DNA of 64,000 nucleotides from Candidatus Omnitrophota bacterium (lineage in GTDB: Bacteria; Omnitrophota; Gorgyraeia; Velamenicoccales; Velamenicoccaceae). Where the stretch lies: contig JAGVOQ010000011.1 of the NCBI GenBank assembly GCA_020052645.1, forward strand, positions 40,890-104,889, read 5' to 3'. Of the stretch, positions 46,816 to 55,257 are shown piece by piece. The notes beneath the pieces are model-generated. The model made no database searches. It saw only the letters and a list, made by a program, of their open reading frames with translations, and was not told where the DNA came from. A program made the position numbers and the translations under genes. Numbering within the stretch: the first letter of the stretch is position 1; each line of letters begins with the position of its first letter.

Positions 46816-47694
46816 TTATGTTTTATTAATAAGCTTCTTCACTCTATTTAAATTCAGCTTATCCGCTGTCGGCTTGTCTTTGGGGGTTTCTAAAATAAAA
46901 GCTGCTTCCTTTAACGACGGATGATTCACGATATGTTTAAAACCCTTTAAACCGATGAAACCTTTGCCGATATGGTCGTGATGATCAATGTGCGAACCAA
47001 GATCTGATTGCGAATCATTAAGATGCACCACGCGAAGAGCGGCCCTGCCGACCTTGCGGTCAATGTCCTCGATCAACGCATTAAAAGTTTCTTCTCGACG
47101 GATATCGTAACCAGCGGCAAAAGCATGAGCCGTATCCAGGCAAATACCTAAACGGCTGTTATCTTTAACACTGTCAAAAATCTTTTTATGATGGTCAAAG
47201 GTGTATCCCAGCCAGTGGCCGGAACCCGCCGTATTTTCTAAAAGCAACCGCACATTTTTGTTATCTTTCGTTTCTTTAAAAACAATATCCAAAGCTTTTA
47301 TGAACTGGCTCATCCCCTCTTTTAAGGTGATATTTTTATAACTACCCATGTGAGTCACAAGATAATCCGCGCCCAAGAGAGAGGTTTCCCTGATATCTTC
47401 AATGTAAGCTTCAATGGATTTTTTATAAAGAACGTCGTAACCTGTTGCTAAATTAATAAGATACGGAATGTGAACAGCAACAATCTTAACACTGCTGGCC
47501 TCTCGCTTATGTCTAAATTCCTGAGCAGCAGTTTCGCTCAAAGGCAATTGGCGCCATTGCCTGGGATTTCTTGAAAAAATCTGCATGGCTGTACAACCTA
47601 AGGCTTGAGCCCGCTCAACAGATTCAGAAATTTTCCCGCTTATAGACACATGGACGCCCAAATACATTAAGGAAAATATTAACACAAAATGCAA
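46816..47694 (-). CDS. nfo: endonuclease IV
   Basis: [30 protein letters not shown] and HLNDS motifs. The start may be Met10 (47667). Confidence 0.88.
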   Translation of the reverse strand: MHFVLIFSLMYLGVHVSISGKISESVERAQALGCTAMQIFSRNPRQWRQLPLSETAAQEFRHKREASSVKIVAVHIPYLINLATGYDVLYKKSIEAYIEDIRETSLLGADYLVTHMGSYKNITLKEGMSQFIKALDIVFKETKDNKNVRLLLENTAGSGHWLGYTFDHHKKIFDSVKDNSRLGICLDTAHAFAAGYDIRREETFNALIEDIDRKVGRAALRVVHLNDSQSDLGSHIDHHDHIGKGFIGLKGFKHIVNHPSLKEAAFILETPKDKPTADKLNLNRVKKLINKT

Positions 47695-47797
47695 ATGGGT
47701 TCAAGGCAGTTTCCGTATAATCAAAAATGAGATTTTATTGAAAAAAATATCAAAAAAATTCAAAAACATTCATCTTGATCTCATTTTGGGAGTTCTG

Positions 47798-47826
47798 TTG
47801 ACAATAAAGGCTGACTATACTATTAT
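47798..47826 (+). promoter_or_regulatory. near-consensus sigma70 promoter upstream of tRNA-Ala
   Basis: TTGACA-17 nt-TATTAT, about 105 nt upstream of the tRNA 5' end. Confidence 0.45.
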
Positions 47827-47932
47827 TATAAGACAAAAATAACTCCAATCTTTTAGCACTTCTGCATCTTTCTCCTCCCCCTTTTAGAAGTATTTTAGGG
47901 AACGAGGGTTATAAGTTTACTCTGTAAATTCT

Positions 47933-48008
47933 GGGGCTGTAGCTCAGCTGGGAGAGTGCCTGACTGGCAGTCAGGAGGTCGCGGGTTCGATCCCCGCCAG
48001 CTCCACCA
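47933..48008 (+). tRNA. tRNA-Ala (GGC)
   Basis: GGGGCTGTAGCTCAGCTGGGAGAGTGCCTGACTGGCAGTCAGGAGGTCGCGGGTTCGATCCCCGCCAGCTCCACCA, with the G3:U70 pair and an encoded CCA. Confidence 0.92.
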
Positions 48009-48031
48009 TTTTGCCGCCTCTGGCGGCAAAA

Positions 48032-48214
48032 GGTGGATGCCGAAGTCTCTGACTTCGGCGCCACCACCTTAATTTTTACTTGTGATAAACAAAAATTTTA
48101 GTGGATGCCGTACAAACGTAACGTTGCGACAAAGCAACGTAGTGAAGTACGGCGCCACCACCTTAATATTTACTTGCAACAAAGCAACGTCGTTAAGCAC
48201 GGCACCACCACCCC
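48032..48214 (+). repeat. array of acceptor-stem-like minihelices ending in GCCACCACC
   Basis: U1 48032-48068, U2 48100-48162 and partial U3 48197-48214. U1 is GGTGGAT-GCCGAAGTC-tct-GACTTCGGC-G-CCACCACC. Confidence 0.75.
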
Positions 48215-48233
48215 ATTATCTTTTCCTATTCTT

Positions 48234-48623
48234 ATGAAACAAAAAAAAGGAATGCTTTTTTTTGGCCTTACGGAAATAACCATTGGTACGTTCACGCTCA
48301 TAGCGACGGCCATAAGTTTTTTTTATCACATCTCCACCAAACCGCTCAACATCCTTATCTTTGTTATCGCTAGCAGCATCATCTCGATTTCTTTGGGCTT
48401 AGGAATTATCTTACGGTATCATTACGCACGCAAACTTCTTATGTTTTTTGCGGGCTGGATCATTTTAAGTAAATTCCTGGTCTCAACAAACATTATCTCT
48501 ATCTCAGGGGCCTTGGAAACAACTTTACCTTTAAGCTTAAAAAATATAATTTCTATCCTCTATCATTTAGTAATTATCCTTTACTTCCATCATCCATCCG
48601 TCAAAAAGGAGTATGCCGAATGA
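48234..48623 (+). CDS. small 4-TM membrane protein (hypothetical)
   Basis: Track ORF 48105.. trimmed to Met44, because its 5' part lies in tRNA-like repeats. Overlaps the nfeD start by 4 nt. Confidence 0.5.
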   Translation: MKQKKGMLFFGLTEITIGTFTLIATAISFFYHISTKPLNILIFVIASSIISISLGLGIILRYHYARKLLMFFAGWIILSKFLVSTNIISISGALETTLPLSLKNIISILYHLVIILYFHHPSVKKEYAE

Positions 48624-50059
48624 ATGCTAGAAAACCCAAACTTCTTTTATTTATTTTGACCTTTTTTATTTCTTTGTCGTTAAGTCCTTTAACTCAGAGT
48701 GAAGAAATCCTAGGAAATAAATTCCTCGTCCTTTCCATCGACAACGCCATCATTGGCCCTGTGATCGCTGATTATATTACTTGTGGCATTGACAAGGCTC
48801 AAGAAGAATCTTTCGCAGGCGTTATCATTCAAATGGACACACCTGGAGGGCTGCTTGAATCTACGCGCGTTATCGTTAAAAAAATGATGAATGCCACAAT
48901 CCCGGTCATTGTCTATATCGCTCCCGCAGGCTCCCGGGCAGGTTCAGCCGGCGTATTCATAACGCTAGCGTCTCATATCGCCGCTATGGCCCCGTCTACG
49001 AATATCGGAGCCGCTCATCCCGTTGCTTTAGGCGAAGGTGAAAAAGAAAACCGTTCCTTAAAAAGATCCATCGAAGAATTGATCGAGATGCTTCGAAGTG
49101 AGCGGATCAAAAAAACAAAAAAAGATAATTCTGAAAAACAGAATTTAAAAAGTACGCCTGGTGCATCCCCCATGGAAGACAAAATCTTAAATGATACTTT
49201 GGCGTGGATCAGCACTATCGCCAAAAGCAGGAATAGAAATGCCATCTGGGCCCGTCAGGCTGTTTCTGAAAGCATCTCCGCCACAGAAAAAGAAGCCTTG
49301 GACAATAAAGTCATCAACCTTATCGCTCTTGATTTAAAAGACCTACTCAAAACAATAGACGGAATCACCGTTGGATTTCCTGATAAAACAATAACGCTTC
49401 ATACAAAAAATGCTCAACTCATCACCCAAGATCTTTCCTGGTCTCAGAATATTTTAAACACACTGATCAACCCTAACATCGCCTATATTCTTATGCTTGT
49501 CGGTTTCTTAGGGCTCTTCATTGAAATAACACATCCGGGCGTCATCGTTCCCGGGATTGTCGGCATCATCTCTCTCATTCTTGCCTTTTATGCTTTTGCC
49601 ATTTTGCCGATCAATTTTGCCGGGCTTCTTTTAATCATAGTCGCGATCGTCCTTTTTATCGGCGAAGCCCTGACACCGATTTCATTCGGCATCCTAACAC
49701 TAACAGGAGCCATCGCCATGTTTTTTGGCTCGCTCATGCTCATTGATTCAACATTTTTCACTTTGAGAGTTTCTATCGGGGTTATTCTTCCCTTTGTCCT
49801 GTCCATAGCAACAATAGTTATCTTTCTGGCCACCAACGTCGTCAAAACCCACCGCCGAAAAGTACAGAGTGGAGTTTCAACTCTGATCGGAAAAATCGGC
49901 ATGGCGCAAACAGATATTGTTGAGACCGGACAAGTTTTTCTGGATGGAGAAATATGGACAGCCCTTAATCAGGATCAAGCCCCTATTCTTAAAGGACAAA
50001 AAGTCAAAGTCTTAGGGATTGACAAAGTTAAGCTTCTTGTGTCAAAATATGTGACCTAA
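48620..50059 (+). CDS. NfeD-family membrane-bound ClpP-class serine protease
   Basis: Signal peptide, ClpP-like domain (GGLLESTR..., GSRAGSAGVFI), TM block and a C-terminal OB domain (GEIWTA...VKVLGIDKVKLLV). Confidence 0.8.
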   Translation: MNARKPKLLLFILTFFISLSLSPLTQSEEILGNKFLVLSIDNAIIGPVIADYITCGIDKAQEESFAGVIIQMDTPGGLLESTRVIVKKMMNATIPVIVYIAPAGSRAGSAGVFITLASHIAAMAPSTNIGAAHPVALGEGEKENRSLKRSIEELIEMLRSERIKKTKKDNSEKQNLKSTPGASPMEDKILNDTLAWISTIAKSRNRNAIWARQAVSESISATEKEALDNKVINLIALDLKDLLKTIDGITVGFPDKTITLHTKNAQLITQDLSWSQNILNTLINPNIAYILMLVGFLGLFIEITHPGVIVPGIVGIISLILAFYAFAILPINFAGLLLIIVAIVLFIGEALTPISFGILTLTGAIAMFFGSLMLIDSTFFTLRVSIGVILPFVLSIATIVIFLATNVVKTHRRKVQSGVSTLIGKIGMAQTDIVETGQVFLDGEIWTALNQDQAPILKGQKVKVLGIDKVKLLVSKYVT

Positions 50060-50102
50060 AGTAGGACCTTCGTGGTTTTCGCGAAGATAAAAGGAGGCCG
50101 CT

Positions 50103-50849
50103 ATGAACCTAGCAATGATGATCGGGATTTTCATCGTTATCTATTTGCTCAATTCAATAAAAATTCTTAATGAATACGAACGGGGCGTCATTTTCAGACT
50201 CGGGCGCATCCTCCCTGTTCCTAAAGGACCGGGCATCATTTTTGTTTTTGCTCCCATTGATAGGATTGTCCGCGTAAGTTTACGCACGATCGCCTTTGAC
50301 GTACCTCCACAGGACGTCATCACCAAAGACAACGTCTCTGTTAAAGTCAACGCAGTTGTTTATTATAAGGTCATCGATCCCAATCGAGCGATCATTGAAG
50401 TCGAAGATTACAATTTTGCGACGTCACAAATGTCTCAGACATCTTTAAGAAGCACGCTGGGTCAGACAAGCCTCGATGAATTACTTTCCGAGAGAGAAAA
50501 AATCAACTCTGAACTTCAGCTGATTATCGATCGAGCCACAGATCCTTGGGGCATCAAAGTCTCTCATGTTGAAATAAAACACGTGGATCTACCGCAAGAG
50601 ATGCAGCGTGCGATGGCGCGCCAGGCTGAAGCAGAACGTGAACGACGCGCTAAAATTATTTCCGCGGAAGGCGAATATCAGGCTTCGGAAAAACTTTCCA
50701 TGGCTGCTGAAGTTTTACAGAAACAGCCCATGTCACTACAGATGAGATATTTGCAGACATTGATGGATATTTCAACAGAGAAATCTTCCATCATCGTCTT
50801 TCCTTTACCGATGGAATTACTGAAGTATTTTAGTAAGCCGGAAAAATAG
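50103..50849 (+). CDS. SPFH/band-7 (stomatin-like) protein
   Basis: [11 protein letters not shown]..., the [17 protein letters not shown] motif and [17 protein letters not shown]. Confidence 0.88.
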   Translation: MNLAMMIGIFIVIYLLNSIKILNEYERGVIFRLGRILPVPKGPGIIFVFAPIDRIVRVSLRTIAFDVPPQDVITKDNVSVKVNAVVYYKVIDPNRAIIEVEDYNFATSQMSQTSLRSTLGQTSLDELLSEREKINSELQLIIDRATDPWGIKVSHVEIKHVDLPQEMQRAMARQAEAERERRAKIISAEGEYQASEKLSMAAEVLQKQPMSLQMRYLQTLMDISTEKSSIIVFPLPMELLKYFSKPEK

Positions 50850-50859
50850 ACAGACATTT

Positions 50860-50874
50860 TGCGCCTTTGGCGCA
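50860..50874 (+). terminator. short hairpin after the SPFH gene
   Basis: TGCGCC-ttt-GGCGCA followed by AATTT. The T-run is weak. Confidence 0.35.
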
Positions 50875-50970
50875 ATTTCGCTGAATCAAGACATTGTCGT
50901 AAGCTCTCCCTCTTCGTACGAATGTACTCCGAGGGATTTCGCTGAATCAAGACATTAAGGTGCTCAATTT

Positions 50971-51056
50971 GCCGAAGTGGCGGAATGGCATACGCGGCGG
51001 TCTCAAAAACCGTTAGGTTCACGCCTGTGTGGGTTCGACTCCCACCTTCGGCACCA
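50971..51056 (+). tRNA. tRNA-Leu (CAA)
   Basis: GCCGAAGTGGCGGAATGGCATACGCGGCGGTCTCAAAAACCGTTAGGTTCACGCCTGTGTGGGTTCGACTCCCACCTTCGGCACCA, with a long variable arm. Confidence 0.88.
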
Positions 51057-51065
51057 AATTAAAAA

Positions 51066-51092
51066 CCTCGACGCTCCATAGTCGGGGTTTTT
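51066..51092 (+). terminator. intrinsic terminator after tRNA-Leu
   Basis: CCTCGAC-gctccata-GTCGGGG-TTTTT. Confidence 0.7.
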
Positions 51093-51332
51093 AATTTGGT
51101 CTGTTGTGGGAGTCGAAGCCGACCCGAGCGCCGAAGGATGAAGCGAGGGCGGCCGGCGACGGAGGAGACTCGACGAATGTCGAGTCGGGGGAGGAGGACT
51201 CCCACTTTGCTATCTAAAGTTATGCAACCGGGTCACCTCACATCTCGCTGTCCGTGCTAAACATTCAGACTCATTTGTCCAAGGGCGTCCTTCAGCATAG
51301 ATTTGCCCTCTGAATTATTTTTTCTTCAAATT

Positions 51333-51405
51333 ACTCCGAAGCCTGCGCAGAAAATTTCCAGCCGGTTTGCCCTGGCGGAAATTTACAAGTGTATAGGCAA
51401 GGAGC
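51333..51405 (+). repeat. E-family element, intact copy
   Basis: ACTCCGAAGCctgcGCAGAAAATTTCCagccggtttgccctggcGGAAATTTACAAGtgtatagGCAAGGAGC. Confidence 0.7.
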
Positions 51406-51413
51406 AAAACCAC

Positions 51414-51460
51414 TCCCAACGATCTATAGTTGGGGTTTTTAATTTGGTTTACCGTGGGAA
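51414..51460 (+). repeat. second copy of the tRNA-Leu terminator and downstream sequence
   Basis: TCCCAAC-gatctata-GTTGGGG-TTTTTAATTTGGTtTacCGTGGGAaTC, compared with 51066-51113. The stem is kept by a G-C to A-T compensatory change. Confidence 0.7.
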
Positions 51461-51714
51461 TCACTTGCTTCGCGGGATTTCGCTAAATATTTACGCTAAT
51501 GTCCTCAAGAAGCCGACCCCTGCCTGCTGGCAGGCAGACGAACACCGAAGGATAAAACACGGAGCAATAATAGAAAAACCCCCATAGATACAACAAACAG
51601 CTTAAAAAATATCTTCATTTTCGATACTTTTTGCTTGCTTAATGTTAAGGTTCTTTATATAATTGAGGCAATACTATCGACGAGGAGAAATTTCTCGCCA
51701 AGAAGACTAAAAAA

Positions 51715-52089
51715 ATGAAAAAAATATCTCTCTTATTTCTCTGCGCACTTTTATTTGGCTGCACAACTATTTCTCGTGTTTCTCCTCGGCTTAATCTGGG
51801 AATGACAAAAGCGGAAGTCTTAAAAAAATGCGGGCCTCCTCGTCAGGCAGGAGCCATGAAAGACAATGATCTTCAGATCATAGAAACTTTCAAATACACG
51901 GAACTTCCTTTTTTCCATTCCGCCTCAACCGAACCCATCACGACTTATGTCTATTTCTTGGAAGGTAATGTTGTTTACTACGGCCCCAGCCCGCGTTTGC
52001 CGAAAGAATTAATCTCTGAACACAAAAAACAAGACCGAAGAAATCAAAACTCACCCACTCTAACCGCTCCTGCGCGCGTTAATCGCTAA
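51715..52089 (+). CDS. SmpA/OmlA (BamE-like) lipoprotein
   Basis: Lipobox LLFGC and LGMTKAEVLKKCGPP. Confidence 0.5.
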   Translation: MKKISLLFLCALLFGCTTISRVSPRLNLGMTKAEVLKKCGPPRQAGAMKDNDLQIIETFKYTELPFFHSASTEPITTYVYFLEGNVVYYGPSPRLPKELISEHKKQDRRNQNSPTLTAPARVNR

Positions 52090-52113
52090 AGACCCTTTAA
52101 TAAACACCTAAAA

Positions 52114-53472
52114 TCAAACCGGCGGCGGAAAACCATGATAAACGCGATCCATGGATATAATGGCCAGGTCGTTAAGGCGGGACTTCACCACGAGGTCCCA
52201 AAACCTCTGATATTCAATCAAAGCAAATACGATAAGACATAAAACTAAAAAAATCATCGCCAAATAAAAAAAACAATTCCTAAGCTTAGCCCTTAAAAAA
52301 AGAATAACCTCCCAGACACCGCATGCGCTCAATAAATAAAAAGGCCCGCTAACAACACCCATGTACCTCATATTTTTTAAATTCGGCATATAAGTAATGA
52401 TGCCAATGTAAGCGGTCAAAATAAAAATCATGAAAAAAACAATATCCTGATTTTTATGAAAAAATAGAACTTTGGGTTTAATTTTATTAAATAGCGCCAC
52501 AACAATAGCCAAGGCACATAAAACCATACTACAAGGCATTAACAACCAAAAACCTTTAATGATTTGAAACCATGGGCCGGAGCAAGTCCTAACGCCATAA
52601 GGCGAACCATCCATGATTCCCCGAATATGGGAGATAGCTTCCCACACAATAGGCGCCCCGCCGACTACCCAAAAAAGAATTCCTGCGCTTATCGCCATTC
52701 CAAGGATGCTGAAAATTACCAACAAACCTGCCCTTTTAAATTCTTTTTCCCTGAAAATCAAAAATCCCAATACATACAGAAGACACAGCCCATAAATGAT
52801 AACAGCTGATTCTTTAATGAGCAGACCATACGCACCGGCAACGATAAAAAGAACCATCCAAATCGTCTTGCGAAAATCTTTTATTATCCTGCAGCTTAAA
52901 TACAAGAGCAACATTCCCAAGCACCCCATCATGGCATCTTGCCAAAATCTTTGCGCCAACGCAATATCTAAGGGAGAAACCGCCGCAAGAAAAAGAGCCA
53001 ACGCAGCAATCGGCCAATTAAAAAAACGGATGGCAAACATCATCATAAGCAATAATGACACGATAGTAAAAAAACAAGAAACAGCAACCCCACCCTGGAG
53101 ACTTGGTACTCTTGTTATTTTCATAACCAGTGCAATAGGAACAAGATAACCTATTCTATAAGGAGGTGGATAATACCAGCTTTCTTTATTGGCATTAAAA
53201 TTTCGCAGCAAAAGCCTTATGCCAGAAATTTCTTTTTCCATTATAGTCGTCGTAAAATAAGCATATATACCTTCATCAGCGCTTCGGCCATCCAACTGAT
53301 GCATGCTCTCAAGCCGAAAGACGCTCCCAGTAAAAAAAGCCTGGAACAATATTATAGACACAAAAAAATTCCTAATCCTGCGACCAGACCCTCCCTCTAT
53401 TTTTGCCACAAACACTTCCAGCCGAGCGTCTTCTTTCTTTTTTAGGTCTTTAATAACTTGCTCATCCTTCAC
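52114..53472 (-). CDS. GT-C fold (ArnT/PMT_2-like) membrane glycosyltransferase
   Basis: About 11 TM segments and an acidic first-loop motif, SADEGIYAY. Confidence 0.6.
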   Translation of the reverse strand: MKDEQVIKDLKKKEDARLEVFVAKIEGGSGRRIRNFFVSIILFQAFFTGSVFRLESMHQLDGRSADEGIYAYFTTTIMEKEISGIRLLLRNFNANKESWYYPPPYRIGYLVPIALVMKITRVPSLQGGVAVSCFFTIVSLLLMMMFAIRFFNWPIAALALFLAAVSPLDIALAQRFWQDAMMGCLGMLLLYLSCRIIKDFRKTIWMVLFIVAGAYGLLIKESAVIIYGLCLLYVLGFLIFREKEFKRAGLLVIFSILGMAISAGILFWVVGGAPIVWEAISHIRGIMDGSPYGVRTCSGPWFQIIKGFWLLMPCSMVLCALAIVVALFNKIKPKVLFFHKNQDIVFFMIFILTAYIGIITYMPNLKNMRYMGVVSGPFYLLSACGVWEVILFLRAKLRNCFFYLAMIFLVLCLIVFALIEYQRFWDLVVKSRLNDLAIISMDRVYHGFPPPV

Positions 53473-53493
53473 CGCAATCTCCTTTTTAAAAGT

Positions 53494-55104
53494 CTAAAGA
53501 ACATCAAAAATCTCAATAACCATGGCATTCCTTTCAAACCTTTTTAACAAAACTAAATGATTTTTTAAAAATATCTCTTCCTCGGGCTGCCCCTCATCTT
53601 TCAGCGCCTGCTTATCATAAACAAAAATATCAAATTTTTCCTTTACATTAACCACGCGCAACGGTTTTTTAACATAGCCTAACGCAGGGTATCTCAAAAC
53701 AGCCATAAACGGCCACGAGGTTAAAATACGCTTATCCGAAAAATTTAATTCGACATAACGCGCGGCATCTTGAGAAATTTTCACCGCATCGATATATTCG
53801 TTATTATAAACAACTGAATCTAGGGCCCATCCATTAACATCATAGCGCATCAATGAAAATAGTACGGTTAAATAAAATACAACTTTAGGCAAAAGCAATT
53901 TATTTTCATCAATAAATCTTACCAAGCTTAGAACCCCCAAAAAATAAAAAAATGGGTAAAAAGGAATCAGCCAACGCGCGCTAAAACTTTTAACAAGAGC
54001 AAAAGAAAAGATCACAACGAAAAGAAATAAAATAAAAAAAATCCTTAAAAAACCGAGCGGCTTGCGCCTATGGACGTCGGCAATAAAATGATAAAAAATT
54101 ATAATTGTCAGGAATACATTCCCAAACAAAAAGAAATGCTCGAATATGCGCCCCACCCTTAAAACATACAATGGGCCTGATAGCTGCAATCCATTGTAAC
54201 GCTCAAAAATTTCTGAATATAGCAAAATACCGCTTGAGTAATAATGGCCGATAAACCAAGCAACATAAACAATAAAAGGTAAACAAAAAAAGAAACAATC
54301 CCTGCTTTTTAATTTTAATCTATCTTTTTCATAAAATTTCAATATGATAAAATTCAAAAAGAGCAAGACACCTATTGATACAATACCGGTGGCTTTCGTT
54401 AAAACCGCAAAAGATGAAAAAAGACCGAAAAGAAGATACTTTTTGCGCAACAACGAATATGTTGAAGCCAAAAAAAACGCTGCCAGAGGAACATCCAAGA
54501 CGACAGTCCCGAAATGAGTAAATACTGTCGGGGAATAAAAAAATAACACCGCCGCAAAAAAACCGATCCTGGCATCTTTGAAAAAATCCCTGCCGATCAG
54601 ATAGGTATAAAAAAGGGGCATCCAAGAAAAAACTAGAGCTGCCAGATGAGAAACAATGATTTTCTGGCCAAAAACATTCCATAAAAACGCCAGAAATTCG
54701 AAATAAAAGAAAGGGTGCCCTGTATCAAAAGGAGCAGCCGAGGAAAAAGGCCAGAGGTGATTCTTAAAAATAACATCCGCATGTCCAATGGTCCATTGTT
54801 CATCCCAGTAAAAAGGAAGGCGCAAAACATTGGCCCTGTTTATTAAAACCATTGCGAGAATAAAAAAAGCAACAAAGACAGGACGATCCAACAATCCATC
54901 TTTCTTTATATCTTTTACAGGGAAGAGATAGACAAAACAAAACGACAGGGCAGCGCAGGAAAAAAACAGAATTATTTTGTAATGAAGAGGATACGCCTCA
55001 TGAAAATTATATAAATAATAAAAAGTCAGGCCGCCGGTTAGAACAAAGAACAGTGCTACGGCCGAAAAGAGCTTACTTGCCCTCGCATTCATTCGCGTCA
55101 GCAT
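53494..55104 (-). CDS. GT-C fold (ArnT/PMT_2-like) membrane glycosyltransferase
   Basis: Polytopic protein with the first-loop motif LPFYWDEQW and a C-terminal soluble domain. Confidence 0.6.
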   Translation of the reverse strand: MLTRMNARASKLFSAVALFFVLTGGLTFYYLYNFHEAYPLHYKIILFFSCAALSFCFVYLFPVKDIKKDGLLDRPVFVAFFILAMVLINRANVLRLPFYWDEQWTIGHADVIFKNHLWPFSSAAPFDTGHPFFYFEFLAFLWNVFGQKIIVSHLAALVFSWMPLFYTYLIGRDFFKDARIGFFAAVLFFYSPTVFTHFGTVVLDVPLAAFFLASTYSLLRKKYLLFGLFSSFAVLTKATGIVSIGVLLFLNFIILKFYEKDRLKLKSRDCFFFCLPFIVYVAWFIGHYYSSGILLYSEIFERYNGLQLSGPLYVLRVGRIFEHFFLFGNVFLTIIIFYHFIADVHRRKPLGFLRIFFILFLFVVIFSFALVKSFSARWLIPFYPFFYFLGVLSLVRFIDENKLLLPKVVFYLTVLFSLMRYDVNGWALDSVVYNNEYIDAVKISQDAARYVELNFSDKRILTSWPFMAVLRYPALGYVKKPLRVVNVKEKFDIFVYDKQALKDEGQPEEEIFLKNHLVLLKRFERNAMVIEIFDVL

Positions 55105-55136
55105 TCGTTTAAAGCGCCTTCTTTAGACCCTTCTTG

Positions 55137-55205
55137 AGTGAAGTTCCTTAGGACTTTAAGTCCTAAGGCTTCCTCCTTTAGCAGAAAATGCACAACACCA
55201 TTCAT
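55137..55205. repeat. 69-bp dispersed repeat, copy B
   Basis: Same sequence as 25685-25753 except T/C at 25741/55193. The flanks are related but diverged. Confidence 0.9.
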
Positions 55206-55257
55206 TCTTTAGGGCTAAAAGCCTTAAAAGGATTTCTGCTAAAGGATTAAGCCTAGT

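Noticed and set aside
51303-51587. 94-aa plus-strand ORF after tRNA-Leu
   Set aside because: It sits in a patchwork of repeats and tRNA-derived fragments, has no RBS, and its sequence is low-complexity.
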